This document shows, piece after piece, positions 21,648 to 32,354 of a stretch of DNA of 63,419 bases. Within the stretch, counting starts at the first letter, position 1, and every line of letters begins with the position of its first letter. This stretch comes from an uncultured Clostridia bacterium (GTDB lineage Bacteria > Bacillota > Clostridia > TANB77 > CAG-508). The stretch lies in NCBI GenBank assembly GCA_944390395.1, contig CALXPY010000002.1:1-63419 (forward strand), in the 5' to 3' direction. A program made the translations under genes and the position numbers. The notes beneath the pieces were generated by a model, which was not told the DNA's origin, searched no databases, and worked only from the letters and a program-made list of their open reading frames with translations.

Positions 21648-22208
21648 CTAAATGATTCTAAATACAATTAGACTTAAAAATACATAAGCATATTTATATG
21701 ATTTCTTTTTATGTAAGTTATTTGTAAAGTATGTAAAAGATTCATTTAGAGCACTAAATTTATCTGCAAAAGTTATTATAAAACCTTCTTTTGTTTTTGG
21801 TAATTTTGGAGTAACTGGCCACATGTGATTTAGAATAACATCTTTTTCTGTTTCATTTAAATTAAAAAGTTTTAAAGAATTGTGTAGAGCAGTTCTTGGA
21901 TGAGAAAAAGCATGTAGATCTTTAAATCGTTTGCACTTTTTTGAAGTATGTCTCCAATCATATAAAAATAAATCGTGAAGCATTGCACCTCTAGTAGCAG
22001 ATTTATAGTCTAATTTTAATTTTTTACTTATAGTATAAGTATAGTATGCTACATTAAAACAATGCTCAAAACAAGTAGTATCACAATGATGTTTATAATC
22101 ATTCATCTTTTGAACAGTTTTATTAGAAATAATATCATCAATTATGTTTAAAAATTCAGAATAATCTGTATCTTTAAAAAGCGTTTTATCAGTAGTTAAT
22201 ACATTCAT
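21648..22208 (-). CDS. HD-domain phosphohydrolase
   Basis: H...HD pattern: FEHCFNVAYY...GAMLHDLFLYDW. Confidence 0.7.
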   Translation of the reverse strand: MNVLTTDKTLFKDTDYSEFLNIIDDIISNKTVQKMNDYKHHCDTTCFEHCFNVAYYTYTISKKLKLDYKSATRGAMLHDLFLYDWRHTSKKCKRFKDLHAFSHPRTALHNSLKLFNLNETEKDVILNHMWPVTPKLPKTKEGFIITFADKFSALNESFTYFTNNLHKKKSYKYAYVFLSLIVFRII

Positions 22209-22288
22209 ATAAAAACCCTTTCATTTTCAAATGTGTATAATACCATTATATCATTTTGTGAACGGAATGTGAATTAATTAATAAAAAA

Positions 22289-23183
22289 TTAATAATAATT
22301 TTGTCTAAAAAAGTCTTCCATTGCAGATTTTAGCTTTATTTTATTAGCTTCTGATAAAGGAGTTAAAGGAAGTCGTGGCTTACCAAAATCGAAATTGACT
22401 ATATTTAGTGCTTCTTTTATAGGGATAGGATTAACTTCGCAAAATAGAGTATTTGTTAAGTTAAGACTTTCTAATTGTGCATTAGTAGCCGTTTTAGTAT
22501 CACCATTTAAGTAACTTATAACCATGTTATGTACAAATTTAGGTGCAATATTAGAAAGAACAGATATAACACCTATTCCTCCAAGTGATAATATTGGAAG
22601 AACTTGATCGTCATTTCCAGAATATATATGTAAATTATCTTTACACAATGCGGCAGTTTTTGCAATTTGAGAAATATTACCATTAGCTTCTTTTGTAGCA
22701 ACGATATTATCTATTTTAGAAAGTTCTAAATAAGTTTCAGGTTCTATATTTAATCCGGTTCTACTTGGAACATTGTATAAGATAATAGGCAGAGACACTT
22801 CGTTAGTAATAGCCTTATAATGTTCAATTAAACCGTTTTTGTGTTGCTTTGTTATAATAAGGAGTAACAATTAATAAGCCATCACAACCTACACTTTCTG
22901 CAAATTTAGATAAAGAAATAACCTCTTTTGTATTATTACCTCCAGTTCCAGCTATTACAGGAATTCTTTTATCCACCTTATTAACAGTGAACTCAATAAC
23001 TTGTTTTTTTTCGTCTAAACTCATAGTAGAAGATTCTCCAGTAGTACCACAAACAATAATAGCATCAACACTTTCTGAAATTTGAAACTCAATTAATTTT
23101 TCTAGAGCCTCAAAATTAATACCAGTATCTGTAAAAGGAGTAGCAATAGCAGTACCGCAGCCTTTAAATAAAATTTTTTTCAT
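22289..23183 (-). pseudogene. dapA: 4-hydroxy-tetrahydrodipicolinate synthase, interrupted by a +1 frameshift in an A5 run
   Basis: N-terminal ORF 22824-23183 ends ...[14 protein letters not shown]. Removing one A from ACACAAAAACGG (T5 at 22836-22840 on +) restores ...[20 protein letters not shown]...PIILYNVPSRTG, which continues into ORF 22289-22870. Confidence 0.85.
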
Positions 23184-23246
23184 ATATAGCCTCCAATACT
23201 TTTTCTTAAATTATATGCAGTAAAGAAAAAATATGTATACATTAAA

Positions 23247-23327
23247 TTAAAAAATTTATACTATATTTTTTAAAAAATGCATATTAAATTTGTTAAAAAA
23301 TGCACATCAAAATCCTTAAAAAATGTA
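23247..23327 (+). repeat. Four direct repeats TTAAAAAAT(G/T)(C/T)A with exact 23-bp phasing
   Basis: Copies start at 23247, 23270, 23293 and 23316; the last overlaps an extended -10 TGTATAAT (23324-23331). Confidence 0.8.
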
Positions 23328-23384
23328 TAATGAGTATTGAAAATGGATAAAATATATAGTAAAATATAATAAGGAGGAGATGAA

Positions 23385-24662
23385 ATGCCTTTAAGAAAAG
23401 AAGAATATATAGATAGATTGGTAGATAAAAAAATAGATGAATATTTAACTATTTTTGGAGCAGTTAGTATAGAAGGACCAAAGTGGTGCGGAAAAACTTG
23501 GGCATCTTTAAACCATGCAAATAGTGTAGTATTTTTAGATGAAGAAGAAAGTAAAGAAAAAGCAAAATTAAGTTTAGATTTAATTCTAAATGAAGAAAAG
23601 CCAGAGCTAATTGACGAATGGAACTTAATTCCAGAAGTCTGGGATGCAGTTAGAAGAGAATGTGACGAAACAACTAAGAAAGGAAATTATATATTAACTT
23701 GTTCTACAAAATTAACAGATGAAGAACAAAAAGAAAAAATACACCATTCTGGAGCAGGAAGAATAGGAAAAATACAGATGCACACAATGAGTTTATATGA
23801 ATCTGGAGATTCAACAGGAAAAGTGAGCATACAGGATATGTTAAATAATAATTTAAAAAATGAATTAAATAATAAAATTACTTTGGATGCATTGGCTAAT
23901 TTAATAATTAGAGGGGGATGGCCTTCAAATATTAAAACTCCAGAAGATAAAATTGGAATAATACCTAAAAGTTATATTGAAGCAATATTAGAAAAAGATA
24001 TTCATGATGATAAAAAAAGAGATAAAAATAAAATGCTTATGTTACTTAAAAGTTTAGCAAGGAATGAAGCTACAATTGCTAGTAAAAGAACTTTGCTAAA
24101 TGATATAGAACAGTATGAAAACGAAGACGAACTTATTGAGAGTAGAAGTACAATTGACGATTATTTGAATGTATTAAATAGGTTGCATATAATTCAAGAC
24201 CAAATTGCTTATAGCGAAAATTATAGATCACCAGCAAGAATGGGAAAATCTGTAAAAAGACATTTTACAGATCCATCACTTGCTTGCGCATGTTTAGATT
24301 TAACAAAAGATAAATTAATTAATGATTTAAGAACTTTTGGATTTATGTTTGAAGCTTTGGTTGAGAGAGATTTAAGAATATATATGGATTATTTAAACGG
24401 AAAACTATACCATTTTAGAGATAATGTCACTGGATTAGAAGCAGATTCAATAATTGAATTCAATGATGGGGAATATGCAATAATAGAAATAAAATTAGGA
24501 TACAATGAAGTAGAAAATGCTAAAAAAAATCTGAAAAATATATATACTAATATGGTAAAAAAACCAAAATTTATGTGTATTATAGTAGGTTTTACAGATA
24601 TTATTGCAAAAGATCCTGAAACGGGTATTTACATTGTACCAATTACAGCATTAAAACCATAA
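23385..24662 (+). CDS. AAA+ ATPase with C-terminal PD-(D/E)xK-like module (COG1373 / AAA_14 + DUF4143-like)
   Basis: Walker A GPKWCGKT, Walker B-like ELIDEW, C-terminal ...EADSIIEF...AIIEIKLG (D...ExK). Confidence 0.7.
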   Translation: MPLRKEEYIDRLVDKKIDEYLTIFGAVSIEGPKWCGKTWASLNHANSVVFLDEEESKEKAKLSLDLILNEEKPELIDEWNLIPEVWDAVRRECDETTKKGNYILTCSTKLTDEEQKEKIHHSGAGRIGKIQMHTMSLYESGDSTGKVSIQDMLNNNLKNELNNKITLDALANLIIRGGWPSNIKTPEDKIGIIPKSYIEAILEKDIHDDKKRDKNKMLMLLKSLARNEATIASKRTLLNDIEQYENEDELIESRSTIDDYLNVLNRLHIIQDQIAYSENYRSPARMGKSVKRHFTDPSLACACLDLTKDKLINDLRTFGFMFEALVERDLRIYMDYLNGKLYHFRDNVTGLEADSIIEFNDGEYAIIEIKLGYNEVENAKKNLKNIYTNMVKKPKFMCIIVGFTDIIAKDPETGIYIVPITALKP

Positions 24663-24677
24663 AATATATTAAAACTA

Positions 24678-24706
24678 TTGAAAATTACATAAAAAAGTGA
24701 TAATAT
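24678..24706 (+). promoter_or_regulatory. Promoter of the ileS leader
   Basis: TTGAAA 24678-24683, 17-nt spacer, TAATAT 24701-24706. Confidence 0.5.
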
Positions 24707-24712
24707 ATTATA

Positions 24713-24985
24713 GTATAACAAAAACGGTAATAAAGGACACGGTAATTATAATTTAATCTTTAGAGAGCCAAAAATACTGGTGAAATTTTGGTAGATAAAA
24801 TATAGTTATTATCACCTTTAGAGTTGCTTATTTGAAATAAAATGTAAGGTAAGCCGTAATTCTTGCGTTAAAAGAATAAGAGTGGAAAGATAATTATATA
24901 AGATTATCTTTTAAGTTAGGTGGTACCGCGGAAATATATAAGAGCCATTTCGTCCTAAATATAAGGAGAATTGGCTCTTTTTGTT
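24713..24985 (+). promoter_or_regulatory. T-box leader (tRNA-sensing riboswitch) controlling ileS
   Basis: AGAGAG and GGTGAAA stem I elements; T-box sequence AAGTTAGGTGGTACCGCGG 24913-24931; terminator AAGAGCCA...TGGCTCTT+T 24940-24983. Candidate specifier ATC at 24811-24813 (low confidence). Confidence 0.88.
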
Positions 24986-25004
24986 GAAAAGGAGAGATGT
25001 TAGA

Positions 25005-27776
25005 ATGTCAGAAGAAAAAAAAGATTATGGTAAGACATTAAATTTACCAAAAACAGATTTTCCAATGAGAGGAAATTTGCCTGAAAATGAACCTAAGGTT
25101 CAACAAGAAGTTTTTGAAAATGATTTATATGAAAAAATGCTAAAAAAGAATGAGGGACATAAATCTTATGTATTACATGATGGACCTCCTTATGCAAATG
25201 GAGAGATTCATATAGGTCACGCATTAAATAAAGTATTAAAAGATACAATAGTAAGATTTAAAAATTTACAAGGATATTATACACCTTATGTACCTGGATA
25301 TGATACACATGGACTTCCAACAGAGAAAAGAGCTATTCAAGTATTGGGAATAAATAGAAACGAAATAAGTGTAAGTAAATTTAGAGATACTTGTCGTGAT
25401 TTCGCATTACAATTTGTTGATAAGCAAACAGAAGGCTTTAAAAGATTAGGGGTACTAGGGGATTGGAAAAATCCTTATATTACATTGAAACCAGAATTCG
25501 AAGCAAGACAAATAGGCGTATTTGGTGAAATGTATAAAAAAGGTTATATATATAAAGGTTTAAAACCTGTATATTGGTGTACTGATTGTGAAACAGCTTT
25601 AGCAGAAGCAGAAATAGAATATAAAGATAGCAAAACAACATCTATATATGTAAAATTTCCTTTAAAAGATGGTAAAGGAAAAATTGATGAAAAAGATACA
25701 TTCTTTGTAATTTGGACAACAACACCATGGACACTTCCTGGAAACATGGGTATAACAGTAGGTGGAGACTATGAGTATAGTGTAGTTGATGTAGGAAGCG
25801 AAAAATACGTAATTGCTACTGAACTAGTTGATAAAGTAATGAGATTAGCAAAAATAGAAAATTATAAAACTGTTCAAACAATAGAAGGTAAAGAATTAGA
25901 AGGTATGCTTTGTAAACATCCATTTTTAGATAGAGATTCTAGAGTTGTATTAGGTAGCGAAGATACAATAGTTGTAGAATTAGATACTGGTACAGGAGCA
26001 GTTCATACAGCACCTGGTTATGGTAAAGAAGACTATTTATGTGGATTAAAAAATGGTTTAGATATAGTTGTAACTGTTGATGGCAAGGGACATCAAACAG
26101 AAGGTGCAGGACCATTTGCAGGTATGTATTATGAAAAATCAAATAAAGCAATAATAGAATGGCTAGAAGAAAAAGGATATCTATTACAAAAAGAAGAATT
26201 GGTTCACTCTTATCCACATTGTTGGAGATGCAAAAATCCAATTATATTTAGAGCTACAGATCAATGGTTTGCATCTGTTGATGGATTTAGAAATGAAACA
26301 TTAGAAGCTATAAAAAAGGTAAACTGGGTTCCAGCATGGGGCGAAGAAAGAATTACAAGTATGGTAAAAGATAGAAATGACTGGTGTATTTCTAGACAAC
26401 GTACTTGGGGTGTTCCAATACCAATTTTTTATTGCGAAGATTGTGGAAAAGAATATATTACAGACGAGAGCATAAAAAAGATACAAAAAATATTTAGAGA
26501 AAAAGGATCAAATGCATGGTTTGATTTAGAAGAAAAAGAACTATTACCAGAAAATGCAAAATGCAGTAATTGTGGCTGTACACACTTTAAGAAAGAAACA
26601 GATATTATGGATGTATGGTTTGACTCAGGATCATCTCATCAAGGAGTACTAGTAGAAAGAGGAATAGATTATCCAGCAGATTTATACTTAGAAGGACAGG
26701 ATCAATACAGAGGATGGTTCCAATCTTCTTTATTAACAGCAATAGCAACTTCTGGAGTTGCACCTTATAAAAATATACTTACACATGGATGGGTTGTTGA
26801 TGGTGAAGGTAAAAAAATGTCAAAGAGTCTTGGTAATGGTATAAGCCCACAAGATATAATAAAAGAATATGGAGCAGATATTTTAAGATTATGGGTTATA
26901 TCTTCAGACTTTAAATCAGATGTAAGTATATCTAAAGATATATTAAAGCAAATAAGCGAAGTATATAGAAAAATAAGAAATACAGCAAGATATATTTTAG
27001 GAAATATAAATGATTTTGATCCAAATGAATTAGTTCCATACAATGATTTATTAGAAATAGATAAATGGGCATTAACAAGAGTAAATAAATTAGTAAAAGA
27101 AGTAACACAAAACTATGAAAACTTTGATTTCCATTTGGTATATCATGATATAAATCAATTCTGCGTTACAGACATGAGTAACTTTTATTTAGATATAATA
27201 AAAGATAGATTATATACATCTAAAAAAGATGCAATGGAAAGAAAAGCAGCACAAACTACAATGTATATAATTTTAGACACTTTGGTAAAATTATTAGCAC
27301 CAATAATTTGTTACACAGTAGAAGAAATATGGAAATATATGCCACATACTAAAGACGAAGAAGTTGAAAGTGTAATGTTAACAAAATGGCCAGAGGTAAA
27401 AGCAGAATATGATAATGAAGAATTATCTAAGAAATGGGAAAAGATATTAGAATTAAAAGAACTAGTTTCTAAAAAATTAGAAGTTGCTAGAAACGAAAAA
27501 ATAATAGGACATTCACTAAACGCAAAAGTAACTCTATTTGCTGAAGAAGATGATTATAAATTTATGAAAGAAAATCAAGAACTATTAATGAGTGTATTTA
27601 TTATATCTGATTTACAAATAGAAAAGAATAATAGACAAGATGAAGAAAAAATAGGAGTAAAAGTAGAAATGGCAGAAGGCGAAAAATGCGAAAGATGCTG
27701 GATGTATTCAAAGACAGTAGGAGAAGACAAAGAAAACCCTACATTATGCCATAGATGTAGTGAAGCTATTAAATAA
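25005..27776 (+). CDS. ileS: Isoleucyl-tRNA synthetase
   Basis: PPYANGEIHIGHALNK (HIGH), KMSKSLGN, C-terminal CERC...CHRC; ATG 25005 behind AAGGAGAG. Confidence 0.96.
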   Translation: MSEEKKDYGKTLNLPKTDFPMRGNLPENEPKVQQEVFENDLYEKMLKKNEGHKSYVLHDGPPYANGEIHIGHALNKVLKDTIVRFKNLQGYYTPYVPGYDTHGLPTEKRAIQVLGINRNEISVSKFRDTCRDFALQFVDKQTEGFKRLGVLGDWKNPYITLKPEFEARQIGVFGEMYKKGYIYKGLKPVYWCTDCETALAEAEIEYKDSKTTSIYVKFPLKDGKGKIDEKDTFFVIWTTTPWTLPGNMGITVGGDYEYSVVDVGSEKYVIATELVDKVMRLAKIENYKTVQTIEGKELEGMLCKHPFLDRDSRVVLGSEDTIVVELDTGTGAVHTAPGYGKEDYLCGLKNGLDIVVTVDGKGHQTEGAGPFAGMYYEKSNKAIIEWLEEKGYLLQKEELVHSYPHCWRCKNPIIFRATDQWFASVDGFRNETLEAIKKVNWVPAWGEERITSMVKDRNDWCISRQRTWGVPIPIFYCEDCGKEYITDESIKKIQKIFREKGSNAWFDLEEKELLPENAKCSNCGCTHFKKETDIMDVWFDSGSSHQGVLVERGIDYPADLYLEGQDQYRGWFQSSLLTAIATSGVAPYKNILTHGWVVDGEGKKMSKSLGNGISPQDIIKEYGADILRLWVISSDFKSDVSISKDILKQISEVYRKIRNTARYILGNINDFDPNELVPYNDLLEIDKWALTRVNKLVKEVTQNYENFDFHLVYHDINQFCVTDMSNFYLDIIKDRLYTSKKDAMERKAAQTTMYIILDTLVKLLAPIICYTVEEIWKYMPHTKDEEVESVMLTKWPEVKAEYDNEELSKKWEKILELKELVSKKLEVARNEKIIGHSLNAKVTLFAEEDDYKFMKENQELLMSVFIISDLQIEKNNRQDEEKIGVKVEMAEGEKCERCWMYSKTVGEDKENPTLCHRCSEAIK

Positions 27777-27781
27777 AATGT

Positions 27782-29131
27782 ATGGAGGAAAAAGTGAGAA
27801 TAGGTAGAATATTAAAAAATATTTTTGTACTATTGTTATTAATATTTGGCATAATTATATTTTGTTATATATATTCAAATTATAATTATGGAAATTATAT
27901 TAAAAGTGTAAGTGAAAGAGAAAAGACCTCTTTTACAAGAGATAGTGATATCAAATATTCTTCTTATAGTAGCTATAAATTAGAAAACAAAGATTTTAAT
28001 GATGCAATGTTCTTCCAAACTATACAAGTTACTCCCAATACTCCGTATAGAGTAACTTGTATGGTAAAAACAGAAGATGTACAAAATATAGAAGGAACTA
28101 CAGGAGGAGCACATATAAGTATAGCAGATACTACAGAAAGATCTATTTGCTTAGATGGAGATAATGATTGGACAAAATTAGAATTTCTATTTAATTCTAA
28201 AAATAGAACTAGTGTAAATATTGCATTTAGATTGGGAGGATATAAAGAAAAAGTAACTGGTACTGCGTGGTTTTCTGATTTTAAAATAGAAATGGGAGTA
28301 GCAGATACTAGTAACGAATGGAACTTTGGATGCTTTATATTTGAAAATATAGATGTAAATGTAGATGTAAATGGAAAAGTGGAAAATGTAAATCTTTCAA
28401 TGGACTCATCAGAGATACAAGAAATGAAGGAAAACATGGAAAGATTTGCAAACTCTTTTGAACAGATGTCAAAAGGAAAAATGAATGTAAAATATGATAC
28501 AATTGTTATAGAAGAGCCAATTACTACAATATCTATAGATGAAGATAATGGATATTATGTGGATCCAAATGATGTATATGATCAGATTAATGATATAGTA
28601 CAAAAAAATGAATATGATCATATATATGTAGCATTAAAAATGGGAGATAAAGAAAAAGGTAATGAAATATTAATACAAGATTGGATTGGATTAGGAGGTA
28701 TGGAATATTGGGGAACTGGATTTTCTAATATTCGACTTCCAAGTGACAAAAATAATTATATATATGTATATGATCCAAGAATAAATTTATTTCCAGAAGA
28801 AGTTTTTATACATGAATTTTTACATACATTAGAAAGAAATTCAAAAGATTATGGATATGATGTAATAGCATTACATGATAATTCTGTTTATGGATACGAA
28901 GATCAGAGATTAACAGGATTAAGAAATTGGTATGAAGATTATATGAATTGTAATGTAGAAGGGGCAAATGGAGAAAAATTAGGAATACCAGCAGAAATGT
29001 TTACTCATAAGCCACCACACAATAGTAATTTTAATTATAGTTATGAATTGAATGAATTTAAAGAGCCAGAAAATATAATAGAGGAAATACGAAGTCTATT
29101 TAGTAGGGCAACAAGTATTTTTGCATTATAA
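27782..29131 (+). CDS. Membrane-anchored protein with CBM-like beta-sandwich region and an HExxH motif (putative metallopeptidase)
   Basis: N-terminal TM IFVLLLLIFGIIIFCYI; FFQTIQVTPNTPYRVTCMVK...WTKLEFLF...AWFSDFKIE; FIHEFLHTLE. The start could be GTG 27794. Confidence 0.5.
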   Translation: MEEKVRIGRILKNIFVLLLLIFGIIIFCYIYSNYNYGNYIKSVSEREKTSFTRDSDIKYSSYSSYKLENKDFNDAMFFQTIQVTPNTPYRVTCMVKTEDVQNIEGTTGGAHISIADTTERSICLDGDNDWTKLEFLFNSKNRTSVNIAFRLGGYKEKVTGTAWFSDFKIEMGVADTSNEWNFGCFIFENIDVNVDVNGKVENVNLSMDSSEIQEMKENMERFANSFEQMSKGKMNVKYDTIVIEEPITTISIDEDNGYYVDPNDVYDQINDIVQKNEYDHIYVALKMGDKEKGNEILIQDWIGLGGMEYWGTGFSNIRLPSDKNNYIYVYDPRINLFPEEVFIHEFLHTLERNSKDYGYDVIALHDNSVYGYEDQRLTGLRNWYEDYMNCNVEGANGEKLGIPAEMFTHKPPHNSNFNYSYELNEFKEPENIIEEIRSLFSRATSIFAL

Positions 29132-29175
29132 GGTCGATTGGTTCTAAGTGAAGCATGGATAGGAGAATAATAAAA

Positions 29176-30201
29176 ATGAAAGTTTCAGATTTTAATTATG
29201 ATTTACCACAAGAGCTTATAGCTCAAGTGCCTATAAAAAATAGAGATGAATCAAGATTAATGGTATTAAATAGAGAAAAACAAACTATAGAGCATAAGAT
29301 ATTTAAAGATATTATAGATTATTTAGAGCCAGGAGATTGCTTAGTAAGGAATAATACAAAGGTTATTCCAGCAAGATTGTATGGAATAAAAGAAGAGACT
29401 AATGCAAATGTTGAATTTCTATTGTTAAATAGAATAGATGGAGATATTTGGGAAGTAATGGTAAGACCAGGGAAAAAGCTAAAAGCAGGTGCAAAAGTAA
29501 CTTTTGGAGATGGGATTCTAAAAGCAGAGATATTAGAACAGTTAGATAATGGAAATAGAAAAGTAAAATTCGAATATTCAGGAATTTTTAACGAAATATT
29601 GGATCAAATTGGTTTAATGCCATTACCACCATATATTCATGAAAAATTAAAAGAAAAAGATAGATATCAAACTGTATATGCAAAATATGAAGGATCAGCA
29701 GCAGCACCAACAGCAGGCTTACATTTTACAGAAGAATTGTTAGAAAAGCTAAAAGAAAAAGGGGTAGAAATAGCTAATGTTACACTCCATGTTGGTATAG
29801 GAACATTTAGACCAGTAAAGGTAGAAAATGTAGAAGAGCACGATATGCATTCAGAACATTTTTATATAAAAGCTGAAGATGCAGAAAAAATAAATAAAGC
29901 CAAAAAAGAAGGACATAGAGTTATTGCTGTTGGAACAACATCATGTAGAGTTTTAGAATCAATAGCAGATGAAAATGGAATGGTACATGAAACAGAAGGA
30001 GATACACAAATATTTATTTATCCAGGATATAAATTTAAATGTTTGGATGCTTTAATTACTAATTTTCATTTACCAGAATCAACATTAATAATGCTAGTTT
30101 CAGCACTAGCAGGTAGAGATTATATTATGAAAGCTTATAACGAAGCGGTAAAAGAAAAGTATAGATTTTTTAGCTTTGGAGATGCTATGTTTATTAAATA
30201 A
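29176..30201 (+). CDS. queA: S-adenosylmethionine:tRNA ribosyltransferase-isomerase
   Basis: [17 protein letters not shown]...RDESRLMV...[10 protein letters not shown]...VGTTS.R; ATG 29176 behind AGGAGA. Confidence 0.94.
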   Translation: MKVSDFNYDLPQELIAQVPIKNRDESRLMVLNREKQTIEHKIFKDIIDYLEPGDCLVRNNTKVIPARLYGIKEETNANVEFLLLNRIDGDIWEVMVRPGKKLKAGAKVTFGDGILKAEILEQLDNGNRKVKFEYSGIFNEILDQIGLMPLPPYIHEKLKEKDRYQTVYAKYEGSAAAPTAGLHFTEELLEKLKEKGVEIANVTLHVGIGTFRPVKVENVEEHDMHSEHFYIKAEDAEKINKAKKEGHRVIAVGTTSCRVLESIADENGMVHETEGDTQIFIYPGYKFKCLDALITNFHLPESTLIMLVSALAGRDYIMKAYNEAVKEKYRFFSFGDAMFIK

Positions 30202-30207
30202 ATGCTA

Positions 30208-30236
30208 TTGAAAAAACAATAAAGATATGGCATAAT
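30208..30236 (+). promoter_or_regulatory. Promoter of the mntA-hepT pair
   Basis: TTGAAA 30208-30213, 17-nt spacer with TG, CATAAT 30231-30236; followed by 13-bp hairpin AAAGTAGACCATT/AATGGTCCACTTT. Confidence 0.45.
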
Positions 30237-30312
30237 AAAGTTAAAGTAGACCATTGAGAATGGTCCACTTTAATTAAATATAGAAACAATCTAATTTAAA
30301 GAAGGAAGAAAA

Positions 30313-30708
30313 ATGAATTTTGAAGAAGTAATTAAATTATTAAAAGAAAGACTTGATTGTGAGGTAATTATTTTATTTGGAAGTTATGCAAGAGGAGAAC
30401 AAAGACCAGATAGTGATGTTGATCTTGCTATAAAATCCCCAAAAGAAATTTCTAAAAAAGAAATTTTTGAATTGACTCAGGAATTAGAACAATTGTTAAA
30501 GAAAGATATAGATTTAATTGATTTAAATGCAATTTCTGATAGCTTTCGTTATGAAATATTAATGAATGGACAAGTGATATATTGTGAAGATAGTTATAAA
30601 TTTGATTTATATAAATTAGATATGTTTCGCGAGTATTTAGAACTTAATGAAAGTAGAAAAGATATTATAAACAATATTAAAAAGGGAGGGACAATTTATG
30701 GAAAATGA
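30313..30708 (+). CDS. mntA: Minimal nucleotidyltransferase (MNT) antitoxin
   Basis: LFGSYARGEQRPDSDVDLAI (GSxxRG...DxD pol-beta NTase motif). Confidence 0.85.
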   Translation: MNFEEVIKLLKERLDCEVIILFGSYARGEQRPDSDVDLAIKSPKEISKKEIFELTQELEQLLKKDIDLIDLNAISDSFRYEILMNGQVIYCEDSYKFDLYKLDMFREYLELNESRKDIINNIKKGGTIYGK

Positions 30709-31114
30709 AGCTGTTATTATAAATAAATTCGAAAGTATAGAAAGATGTATTCATAGAATTGAAGAAGAATATGAAAATAATCCTGAAAACTTAGAAGATT
30801 ATAGAAGATTAGATAGTATTGTATTAAATTTGCAAAGAAGTTGTGAATTAGTAACAGATATTGCTATGTATATTGTTTCTTCCAGAAAATTAGGAATTCC
30901 ACAAGAAAAAAGAGAAGCATTTGAATTATTAGAGAAAAATGGATTAATTTCTAAATCTATGGCAGAGAATATGAAAAAAATGATAGGTTTTAGAAATATT
31001 GCAGTTCATGATTATAAAAAAATAGATGAAACAATATTGAAAGATGTAATTGAAAATCATTTAAATGATTTATTAGATTTTGCACGCACTATTTTAAATT
31101 TAAAGAGAATTTAA
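30698..31114 (+). CDS. hepT: HEPN (DUF86) toxin
   Basis: FRNIAVHDYKKID (R-x4-H HEPN motif); overlaps mntA by 11 nt. Confidence 0.85.
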   Translation: MENEAVIINKFESIERCIHRIEEEYENNPENLEDYRRLDSIVLNLQRSCELVTDIAMYIVSSRKLGIPQEKREAFELLEKNGLISKSMAENMKKMIGFRNIAVHDYKKIDETILKDVIENHLNDLLDFARTILNLKRI

Positions 31115-31197
31115 AGAAGTAAAAAAATAAAATACAAAGTTTTATGGGTATAACCTTTAAAAAAACCTAAATATATTATGTAAGGAACGATGAATGA

Positions 31198-32328
<1,131 letters not shown>

Positions 32329-32354
32329 TTCAAAGGAAAAAGGGAGGTTTTTGT

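Noticed and set aside
23184-23384. Possible lysine (L-box) riboswitch upstream of dapA on the minus strand
   Set aside because: The region is almost pure A/T with phased short repeats. None of the conserved L-box G+C-containing helices are present.
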